A stretch of DNA of 14,614 nucleotides from Bdellovibrionota bacterium (GTDB lineage Bacteria > Bdellovibrionota_C > UBA2361 > OMIW01): contig JBIJBT010000070.1 in NCBI GenBank assembly GCA_044345055.1, positions 1-14,614 of the forward strand. The letters are read 5' to 3'. The position numbers and the translations under genes were made by a program. A model generated the notes under the pieces. That model was not told the origin of the DNA and did not search any database. It was given only the letters and a program-made list of their open reading frames with translations. Shown here in pieces: positions 7,744 to 14,614 of the stretch (the stretch's first letter is position 1; each line of letters begins with the position of its first letter).

Positions 7744-7826
7744 TGAGTTCAGGGATGACGAGTGCCCTTGTTTAAAGAACTCGCTCATTGATGGAAAGGA
7801 TCGTTTTTCGGTAGGGAGATTGTATC

Positions 7827-8120
7827 GTGTTCGCAGCAATCAAAAATATGTTTCGGGATCGCCGCGCGAGTAATGTCGTTGCAAAAAGCCGTCTTCAGCT
7901 CGTGCTCGTTCAGGATCGTGCTGGGCTTTCAAATGAGGAACTTGCTCAGTTTCGTCGTGAATTGATGGATGTTATTCAAAAATATTTCGTAATCGATGAG
8001 TCGGGTTTTGATGTCAATTATCAACGTTCCGACGATGAGACGACTCTCTCGATTAACTCGCCGATCGTTGTGCGTCGCGAGGGAGAAAAGGGAGGTCAGC
8101 TTGCGAGAAAGTCCTCATAA
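7827..8120 (+). CDS. minE: Cell division topological specificity factor MinE
   Basis: N-terminal amphipathic MFAAIKNMF, contact helix VAKSRLQLVLVQDR, RRELMDVIQKYF, LSINSP; GGGAG SD before the GTG. Confidence 0.95.
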   Translation: MFAAIKNMFRDRRASNVVAKSRLQLVLVQDRAGLSNEELAQFRRELMDVIQKYFVIDESGFDVNYQRSDDETTLSINSPIVVRREGEKGGQLARKSS

Positions 8121-8194
8121 GAGGGCCGATCCTATGCAGAGCGGACTACGTAGCGGATATTTTTTGGTATTCGCTCCTAGTTTTCGAGCGCGAG

Positions 8195-8223
8195 TTGCGG
8201 CTTTTTAGGATAGTTCGTATAAT
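8195..8223 (+). promoter_or_regulatory. sigma70 promoter upstream of tRNA-Leu
   Basis: TTGCGG (8195-8200) - 17 nt - perfect TATAAT (8218-8223), 26 nt before the tRNA 5' end. Confidence 0.7.
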
Positions 8224-8249
8224 TTTATCCTAGAATTTTGCTGCTCCTT

Positions 8250-8331
8250 GCCCAGGTGCTGAAATTGGTAGACAGGCATGATTCAGGTTCATGTGCCGAA
8301 AGGTGTGGGAGTTCGAGTCTCCCCCTGGGCA
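8250..8331 (+). tRNA. tRNA-Leu (anticodon CAG), CCA not encoded
   Basis: Acceptor stem GCCCAGG/CCTGGGC plus discriminator A8331; D-loop with TTGGTAGAC; anticodon stem CATGA/TCATG with loop TTCAGGT (CAG at 8284-8286); long variable arm with GAAA loop; T arm GGGAG-TTCGAGT-CTCCC. Confidence 0.97.
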
Positions 8332-8380
8332 GTTATTCATCGGGAACCCAGATTTAAATCACAAACTAGAACGGTATGGT

Positions 8381-8626
8381 ATGATTACAGCGAGCGGCGA
8401 TTGCCCAACTCAAACTGAGAAAACCGGTGGTATATATCGACAAATCGCGATAATCGGAGCTGTGGCGGTTATGGTGGTTGTCTCTGGCTGTCAACGTAAC
8501 TCATTTGAATATGGCGGTGTCGCCGATAAAGATGACGGAGCCAAGTATACCGTAGAAGTTGACCCTAATGGTCCAGTACGTGAGATAGCAGCTCCTGAAG
8601 GAACTCCATCACCGTCTTCGATGTAG
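8381..8626 (+). CDS. Small hypothetical lipoprotein (~81 aa)
   Basis: First ATG after the tRNA in the 8291-8626 frame; hydrophobic stretch [16 protein letters not shown] (lipobox); its TAG overlaps the uvrB GTG by 1 nt. No clear SD; start uncertain. Confidence 0.55.
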   Translation: MITASGDCPTQTEKTGGIYRQIAIIGAVAVMVVVSGCQRNSFEYGGVADKDDGAKYTVEVDPNGPVREIAAPEGTPSPSSM

Positions 8627-10665
8627 TGAAGCAGCCGAATCTTCCTCCCCATCGTCTTCCTGCGCGCCGTCTCGAACCTTTTAAGCTGGTCTCGTCCTAT
8701 ACTCCACGTGGGGACCAGCCGAATGCGATAAAAGAGCTTAACGAGCGATTGTCCGCCGGAGTCCGATTTCAGACATTGCGGGGTATTACGGGGTCGGGCA
8801 AAACATTCACGATGGCGAATGTTATTCGCGATCAGGGTCGTCCAGCGCTCATTATCGCTCCCAACAAAACTCTTGCAGCACAGCTCTACGCAGAATTTAG
8901 GGAGTTTTTTCCGAACAATCAGGTCAGGTATTTCGTTAGTTACTACGATTATTATCAACCTGAAGCATATATTCCATCCACCGATACATATATTGAAAAA
9001 GATAGCGCGATAAATGAAGAGATCGACAAGATGCGCCATGCTGCAACAAAGGCTCTCCTTGAATCGACCGATGCTATTATTGTGGCGAGTGTCAGCTGTA
9101 TTTATGGATTGGGGGCTCCCGAGGAGTACTTCAAGGCGATGTTGTACGTTGAGCAGGGAGAGCAGCTCAATCGTAAAGCGATGCTTAGGACCCTTGTTCA
9201 GATGCAGTATGTGAGATCCGACAACGATTTTTATCGAGGAACTTTTCGGGTTAGGGGAGAGTCAATAGATGTATTCCCCTCGGATCAAGATACCCGTGCT
9301 ATCAGATTTCTTTTTTTTGGTGATGAAGTTGAGGAGATTCACGAGATTGATGGAATCACCGGTACAGTAACGCGAAAACTATCGAGCGCGGCGGTGTATC
9401 CAGTGAGTCACTTCGTGACGGCGCGTGAGAAGGTAGTCGCCGCTGCAGAGAGTATCAGAGCTGAGCTTGAGGCAAGGCTTGCCGAACTTCGCTCAGCGGG
9501 AAAGACGAGCGAAGCGCAGCGGCTCGAGCAACGCACAATGTACGATATAGAGCTTCTCTTCGAGGTGGGATTTTGTCCAGGCATAGAAAATTACTCTCGC
9601 CACCTTGATCAGCGAGCCCCGGGAAGTCCTCCATCAACGCTCCTCGATTATTTCCCGAAGGGGTTTTTGCTGTTTATTGATGAAAGCCATGTCACTGTTC
9701 CTCAGGTTGGAGCGATGGCAAGGGGCGACAGAGCGCGTAAACAGACTCTCGTTGATTATGGGTTTCGGCTTCCCTCTGCTCTCGACAACCGCCCTCTTAC
9801 GGGCGATGAGTTTTGGGAGCGGGCGGGGCAGACGATATTCGTGTCGGCGACTCCGGCGGATTTTGAGCTTTCGCGGAGTGGTACGGCGGTGGTGGAGCAG
9901 ATTAATCGCCCGACAGGGTTGCTCGACCCAGAGGTGTTTGTGCGGCCAGCGCTCCATCAGGTCGATGATCTTCTGAATGAAGCACGGGAGGTGGTCGATA
10001 GAGGTGGTCGTGTCCTGGTTACGACCTTAACGAAACGGATGGCGGAGGATTTGACGAGCTATCTGCAAGGAATCGGTATACGTTCGAGATACCTTCACGC
10101 TGATATAAACACGGTAGAGCGGGTTGAGATTTTGCGCGGATTGCGTCGAGGAGATTTCGATCTTTTGGTCGGTATTAATCTGCTTCGTGAGGGATTGGAT
10201 CTCGTCGAGGTTGAATTAGTGGCGATTCTTGATGCGGATAAGGAGGGATTTTTGCGCTCGGAACGGTCCCTTATTCAAACAATGGGTAGAGCCGCTCGAA
10301 ATATTCGTGGTCGGGTGATACTGTACGCTGACCGAGAGACCGATTCGATACGACGCGCTCTCCGCGAAGCTGAGCGGCGACGACTCATCCAGGCAGCGTA
10401 TAATGCTGAGCATGGAATAGTGCCGCAGTCTGCGCAGCGTGGGATCGAGGGCGCTCTGACGACGGTGGTTTCGGAGCTTGTTGATCCGGAGACCGGTGAG
10501 ATAGTGACCCTTGATGAGCCAATTCCGGCAGATCCTAAGGGTCAGCAAAAATTGATAGAGAATCTGAAAGCAGAGATGCTCGAGGCTGCCTCTAAACGCG
10601 AATATGAGAGAGCCGCTGAGCTGCGTGATACCGTAATTCGGCTTCAGCGATCATTGCTGGTATGA
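8626..10665 (+). CDS. uvrB: Excinuclease ABC subunit UvrB
   Basis: PRGDQP, Walker [20 protein letters not shown], beta-hairpin [53 protein letters not shown]-terminal UVR coil ([10 protein letters not shown]). Confidence 0.99.
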   Translation: MKQPNLPPHRLPARRLEPFKLVSSYTPRGDQPNAIKELNERLSAGVRFQTLRGITGSGKTFTMANVIRDQGRPALIIAPNKTLAAQLYAEFREFFPNNQVRYFVSYYDYYQPEAYIPSTDTYIEKDSAINEEIDKMRHAATKALLESTDAIIVASVSCIYGLGAPEEYFKAMLYVEQGEQLNRKAMLRTLVQMQYVRSDNDFYRGTFRVRGESIDVFPSDQDTRAIRFLFFGDEVEEIHEIDGITGTVTRKLSSAAVYPVSHFVTAREKVVAAAESIRAELEARLAELRSAGKTSEAQRLEQRTMYDIELLFEVGFCPGIENYSRHLDQRAPGSPPSTLLDYFPKGFLLFIDESHVTVPQVGAMARGDRARKQTLVDYGFRLPSALDNRPLTGDEFWERAGQTIFVSATPADFELSRSGTAVVEQINRPTGLLDPEVFVRPALHQVDDLLNEAREVVDRGGRVLVTTLTKRMAEDLTSYLQGIGIRSRYLHADINTVERVEILRGLRRGDFDLLVGINLLREGLDLVEVELVAILDADKEGFLRSERSLIQTMGRAARNIRGRVILYADRETDSIRRALREAERRRLIQAAYNAEHGIVPQSAQRGIEGALTTVVSELVDPETGEIVTLDEPIPADPKGQQKLIENLKAEMLEAASKREYERAAELRDTVIRLQRSLLV

Positions 10666-10788
10666 GCTCGCTATTAGGCAGGTCCATGTATTTTATTTTT
10701 CCGGTTTTCTCGGCGCAATAGCCAAGCGATAGCGGCGATATGATAAGAATTCCTCTTCCCCCAACCCCATAAAAGGATCTAAATCACT

Positions 10789-13554
10789 ATGTCCTGGCAA
10801 CAAACCATTGAGGAAACAAAGGGATCGATTGTAGCGATTATGGTCGATCAGGTACGGGCGTTTGAGGATGACTGGCAACATTCTGGGCAGGCATCGGGCT
10901 TTGTTGTTGATGCGGAGCGGGGAATCGTTCTCACCAATCGCCATGTTGTTACCACGGGGCCGATCGTCGCGCGGGGTATTTTTGCAGATTTGCGTGAGGT
11001 TGTTCTGTGGCCGCTGTACCGTGATCCAATCCACGATTTTGGATTTCTGCAGTATGACCCATCGGAGCTGCGGGGGGCAGTGCCGCGAAGCTTGCCGCTC
11101 TATCCGGAGGGTGCGCGTGAAGGAGTAGATATCCGCGTTATCGGAAATGATGCGGGAGAAGGATATTCAATCCTCTCTGGTACGTTGAGTCGACTCGATC
11201 GCGATGCGCCTGATTATGGCGAAGGGAATTACTCCGATTGGAATACCTTCTACATGCAGGCTGCATCGATGACATCAGGGGGCTCTTCCGGTTCGCCGGT
11301 TATTGACGAAGTGGGCCGCGTTGTTGGGTTAAATGCGGGTGGTCATCGCGAGGCGGCAGCTGCCTATTTTCTTCCTCTGCGCACGGTTGTGAGGGCTCTC
11401 TCTGCGCTGCAGCGAGGAGAGAAAGTTTCCCGCGGGACCATTCATCTGAGGGCATCGCACATATCCTACGATGAACTGCTCCGTCAGGGGGTACCTCGGG
11501 ATATTCTTGCTGAGAGTATAAAGGCGTTGCCCCGCTCAACTGGTTTACTCGTCGTGGATCGTTTGCTCCCGATGACGGAAGCGGCGCGAGTTCTCCATGT
11601 GGGAGATGTGATTGTTAGGGTTAATGGAGATTTAATTGATTCATTTGATCCATTTGAGGAGGCACTCGATCGCTCGGTTGGAGGCTGTGTTTCTGGAGGC
11701 TCTGTTTCCGGAGCCTCTGTGTCTCTTACCGTTGTGCGGGCGGGTTCACAGCTCGTCGTTACTCTGCCGATTGATGATCTTGATACACTAGTGCCAAAGG
11801 AGTTCATCGAGGTCGGAGAGGCTATATTTCATCCGATTTCAGCAGTACATACCTGGCACCTCAATACGGCTCCGCGAGGTGTGGTTTTAGCTGATCCTGG
11901 CTATATGTTTGTCGATGAGGGTTTTAAGAAGGGAGCGCTTGTTGAGACGGTGGCAGGAGTTGCTATTGATTGCCTTGACTCGTTGGCGGCTGTGTTTGAA
12001 CGGCTTAGGCAGGGAGAAACATTCTCGATACGATATCGTCATTACAAACAGCCATCGACTCCTCGTCACGCAACGTTCGTGTTTTCAACGAAATGGTTTC
12101 CGTGTCGACATTGGAAAAGACAAGAGGGTAAGGAACGATGGCGGAGTGAGCTTCTAGCAGCAAGTGGTGAGCTGCTTCCCGAGGTGGCTAATCTGGTACA
12201 ACGGGGGGGCGCCCTCAAATCGGCGTGGCATAAAGTCCAGTCCGCACTCGTTCATATCCAGTTTCGAGCCCCTTACGTTATCGCGGGTTGGCACCGCTAC
12301 GACACACCGCGGGGTACTGGAGTCATTATCGATAAAGGTGCTGGTCTTGTTGCAACCGACCGCAGTACGGTGTGGCATGCACTCGGTGATGTAACGATCA
12401 CGATAGCTGGGAATGTTGAAGTTCCAGGTCGGGTGGTATTTGTGCATCCTCTCCATAATCTAGTTCTTATTCAATATGACCCGCTCCTTTTAGGTGAGAT
12501 TGTTGTTGGTGAAGCTTCTCTTGCAGCTGAAATGCCGAGTGTTGGAAGTGATGTGCATCTTATCGGTGTCAATGAATATGGCTCAATTCAGGTAAAAAAA
12601 GCCGCGATTACGAGTATTCGTTCATCTTCAACGCGCCCTCTTGCAGGATCTTTTTTTCAGGAAACTAATAGTGATCTGATTCAGCTTAATGCGCGTCACG
12701 CCGATTTTAATGGGGTTATTGTTGGTGATGAGGGGTGTGTCATCGGGTTTTGGGGGATATTCGCCTCCAAGGAAGATCAGGACTTTGAATTTACTCACAT
12801 CGGATTGCCAGCGTTCTTTCTCGATGATCTTCGAGCATTGGGGAGGGGCGAGCGGTGTTTTCGATGGATAGAGGCTGAGGTTGCGCCGATTAGGTTGCCA
12901 GAGGTCCGGCGTCTCAGGGTGACTACCGAATGGATGAAGCGGATAGGAGATGCTATTGGCGATGGGCGTCGGCACATATTACGGGTTGTTCGTACATCGG
13001 CTGGGGGCCCAAGCGACGGTCGGCTTGAGCCTGGAGATGTAATTTTGGCGGTAAATGGAGTAGTTCCTACCGATCACCGAACCCTCGAAGAGTTGGTGCA
13101 GGCAGAAAGTGTGACCGTAACTGTGTGGCGCGAGGGGGCCGAGCATTCCGTTGTTGTCGAGCCGATTAAGTTATCGGGTGAAGGAGTTAATCATATACTC
13201 CATTGGGCAGGAGCGGTTCTCCACGCTCCACACCCTGAGGTGAGTCGTATTTTGGGCGAGATGCCTGTCGGAGTTCACGTTGCATCTGGCAATTACGGAT
13301 CGCCCTCATTCCGATTTGGCGTTGAGGTAGGAAGTCAGATCATCTCCCTAAATAATCGTCCTACCCCGGATCTTGCAAGCTTTATCGCTGAGGCTCGCGC
13401 GCTCGAGGGGGCCGGTCCAGTCGTAGTTCGATTTATTGAATCTGGATCAATAGAGCGGCTGGTAACACTTTTACCTGAGCCAGATCTGTGGCCAACCTAT
13501 GAGCTTGAGCGCAATCCTGATGGAGGCTGGGAGCGGCGAGATTGGGGGATATGA
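10789..13554 (+). CDS. Nma111/Deg7-like HtrA-family serine protease (active protease-PDZ-PDZ plus degenerate protease-PDZ-PDZ)
   Basis: GFVVDAERGIVLTNRHVV (His52), YRDPIHDFGF (Asp83), IRVIGNDAGE, SRLDRDAPDYG, SGGSSGSPV (Ser167 by alignment to GNSGG); PDZ motifs LHVGDVIVRVNG and LEPGDVILAVNG; second trypsin-like repeat GTGVIIDKGAGLVATDRSTV...HPLHNLVLIQYDP lacks the triad. Confidence 0.9.
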   Translation: MSWQQTIEETKGSIVAIMVDQVRAFEDDWQHSGQASGFVVDAERGIVLTNRHVVTTGPIVARGIFADLREVVLWPLYRDPIHDFGFLQYDPSELRGAVPRSLPLYPEGAREGVDIRVIGNDAGEGYSILSGTLSRLDRDAPDYGEGNYSDWNTFYMQAASMTSGGSSGSPVIDEVGRVVGLNAGGHREAAAAYFLPLRTVVRALSALQRGEKVSRGTIHLRASHISYDELLRQGVPRDILAESIKALPRSTGLLVVDRLLPMTEAARVLHVGDVIVRVNGDLIDSFDPFEEALDRSVGGCVSGGSVSGASVSLTVVRAGSQLVVTLPIDDLDTLVPKEFIEVGEAIFHPISAVHTWHLNTAPRGVVLADPGYMFVDEGFKKGALVETVAGVAIDCLDSLAAVFERLRQGETFSIRYRHYKQPSTPRHATFVFSTKWFPCRHWKRQEGKERWRSELLAASGELLPEVANLVQRGGALKSAWHKVQSALVHIQFRAPYVIAGWHRYDTPRGTGVIIDKGAGLVATDRSTVWHALGDVTITIAGNVEVPGRVVFVHPLHNLVLIQYDPLLLGEIVVGEASLAAEMPSVGSDVHLIGVNEYGSIQVKKAAITSIRSSSTRPLAGSFFQETNSDLIQLNARHADFNGVIVGDEGCVIGFWGIFASKEDQDFEFTHIGLPAFFLDDLRALGRGERCFRWIEAEVAPIRLPEVRRLRVTTEWMKRIGDAIGDGRRHILRVVRTSAGGPSDGRLEPGDVILAVNGVVPTDHRTLEELVQAESVTVTVWREGAEHSVVVEPIKLSGEGVNHILHWAGAVLHAPHPEVSRILGEMPVGVHVASGNYGSPSFRFGVEVGSQIISLNNRPTPDLASFIAEARALEGAGPVVVRFIESGSIERLVTLLPEPDLWPTYELERNPDGGWERRDWGI
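11680..11724 (+). repeat. In-frame imperfect tandem repeat, 15 bp x3 (GGCVS-GGSVS-GASVS)
   Basis: GGAGGCTGTGTTTCT / GGAGGCTCTGTTTCC / GGAGCCTCTGTGTCT. Confidence 0.9.
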
Positions 13555-13622
13555 AAAGATCTTTAGGCGGGTGGTGAGAATGGTTCTGAATCATTTTTGA
13601 GTGCCCTGTTAGGTGCAATAAC

Positions 13623-13641
13623 GGTGTGGATCATCCACACC
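13623..13641. promoter_or_regulatory. 19-bp palindrome upstream of the argH RBS (operator or RNA hairpin)
   Basis: GGTGTGGAT-C-ATCCACACC, perfect 9-bp arms, 8 nt before SD GGAGGA (13650-13655). Function inferred only. Confidence 0.5.
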
Positions 13642-13662
13642 TAATTGACGGAGGACTTGGTG

Positions 13663-14614
13663 ATGAAAAAGCTGTGGGGTGGACGATTCGCAGGGGGGAC
13701 GGCGGTTTCAAGCGAGGAGTTTCTTGCATCGATTGGGTGTGATTCGGCGCTGGTTGAATATGATATTCGGGGAAGCCTGGCTCATGCGAGGATGTTGGGG
13801 GCGAGTGGAATTATCTCTGTAGAGGATGCGGAGCGATTGCAGGAAGGGTTGCGAGCTGTTCAGCGAAAGATCGCATCGGGAAACAGCTCTTTTACCGCAG
13901 CAGATGAAGATGTTCACATGTGGGTTGAGCGGCTGCTCTCGGAAGAGATAGGACCAGTGGCCGGAAAGCTTCATACAGCGCGCAGCCGAAACGATCAGGT
14001 CGCGGTGGATACTCATCTCTATGCTCGTGATATGGTGTTACTTCTCGGCGAGCGGGCGGTCGCGCTTATTAACGCGCTTGTCGAGCGGGCTGATGCGTTT
14101 CCCGATGTTCTTTTGCCGGGGTATACCCATCTCCAGCGAGCCCAACCAATTTTATGGTCGCATCACCTTCTTGCTTATGGGTGGATGTTCCAGCGTGACT
14201 GTGAACGGTTGCAGCGGTGCTACATCTCCTCAAATCGCAATCCTTTAGGTTCGGGTGCGCTCGCGGGAACGACATTTCCAATCGATCGGGCCATGGTGAG
14301 TGAAGAGCTCGGTTTTGATGGGCTGTACGAAAACAGTATCGATGCAGTTTCGGACCGTGATTATCAGCTCGATATCCTCACCGCATGCGCGACAATAATG
14401 ATGCACCTCTCCCGTTTGAGCGAGGAGTTGGTGTTATGGACCAGCCATGAATTTGGATTTGTTCGATTGTCAGATGGATTTTGCACCGGCAGCAGCATTA
14501 TGCCGCAGAAGCGCAATCCCGATTGCGCTGAGTTAATTCGAGGAAAGTGTGGCCGAGTATACGGTTCGCTCATTTCGTTGTTAACAACGATGAAAGGATT
14601 ACCTCTTGCATATA
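13663..14614 (+). CDS. argH: Argininosuccinate lyase, 5' part (truncated by the window edge)
   Basis: Not in the ORF track. SD GGAGGA then ATG 13663: MKKLWGGRF...YDIRGSLAHARML...DEDVHM...GKLHTARSRNDQVA...PGYTHLQRAQP...PLGSGALAG...GSSIMPQKRNPD (fumarase/ASL signature). Confidence 0.98.
   Translation, partial: MKKLWGGRFAGGTAVSSEEFLASIGCDSALVEYDIRGSLAHARMLGASGIISVEDAERLQEGLRAVQRKIASGNSSFTAADEDVHMWVERLLSEEIGPVAGKLHTARSRNDQVAVDTHLYARDMVLLLGERAVALINALVERADAFPDVLLPGYTHLQRAQPILWSHHLLAYGWMFQRDCERLQRCYISSNRNPLGSGALAGTTFPIDRAMVSEELGFDGLYENSIDAVSDRDYQLDILTACATIMMHLSRLSEELVLWTSHEFGFVRLSDGFCTGSSIMPQKRNPDCAELIRGKCGRVYGSLISLLTTMKGLPLAY

Noticed and set aside
8351..8360. 10-bp palindrome GATTTAAATC after the tRNA
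   Set aside because: Too short and AT-rich to distinguish from chance; cannot form a terminator.
8291..8380. N-terminal part of the 111-aa ORF in the track (MCRKVWEFESPPGQ...)
   Set aside because: It overlaps the tRNA-Leu gene and is translated tRNA sequence; the start was moved to ATG 8381.
10789..13554. Protease as part of a multi-gene anti-phage or toxin system
   Set aside because: Both neighbours are housekeeping genes; no NTPase, effector or substrate gene is adjacent in this window.
13587..13600. ARG-box-like TGAATCATTTTTGA upstream of argH
   Set aside because: Three mismatches to TGAATWWWWATTCA and no tandem partner box at the expected spacing.
8250..13660. tRNA-Leu as attachment site for an island carrying the protease
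   Set aside because: No integrase, no duplicated tRNA 3' end seen, and core gene uvrB follows almost immediately.
930..14573. Many alternative-frame and antisense ORFs in the track (e.g. 1594-2046+, 2404-2724-, 5968-6402-, 8491-9039-, 13708-14016-, 14021-14248+)
   Set aside because: They overlap well-supported genes (including argH, absent from the track) and show no recognisable motifs; treated as shadow ORFs.

Overview
Bacterial chromosomal window made mostly of housekeeping genes; the organism cannot be identified from sequence alone. The left half is mainly minus strand: 5' end of a probable ArnT/PMT-type membrane glycosyltransferase (runs off the left edge), a stand-alone 101-aa Cys-poor rpsN, a clan GH-A glycoside hydrolase lipoprotein, dcd, a plus-strand hypothetical lipoprotein, then pgpA - lipoprotein Zn-aminopeptidase - pyrF. 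The right half is plus strand: minC-minD-minE, tRNA-Leu(CAG), a small lipoprotein ORF whose stop overlaps the uvrB start, uvrB, a 921-aa duplicated protease/PDZ protein resembling fungal Nma111 and plant Deg7, and the 5' part of argH (missing from the ORF track because it runs off the right edge). I see no CRISPR array, integrase, transposase or multi-gene defence system. The most notable items are the signal-peptide-less Nma111/Deg7-like protease (with an internal 15-bp x3 expansion), a perfect 22-bp inverted repeat bounded by CTAG that looks like a miniature IS630-like element, the orphan rpsN, and several candidate cis-regulatory palindromes. All family assignments come from motif recognition, not database searches.
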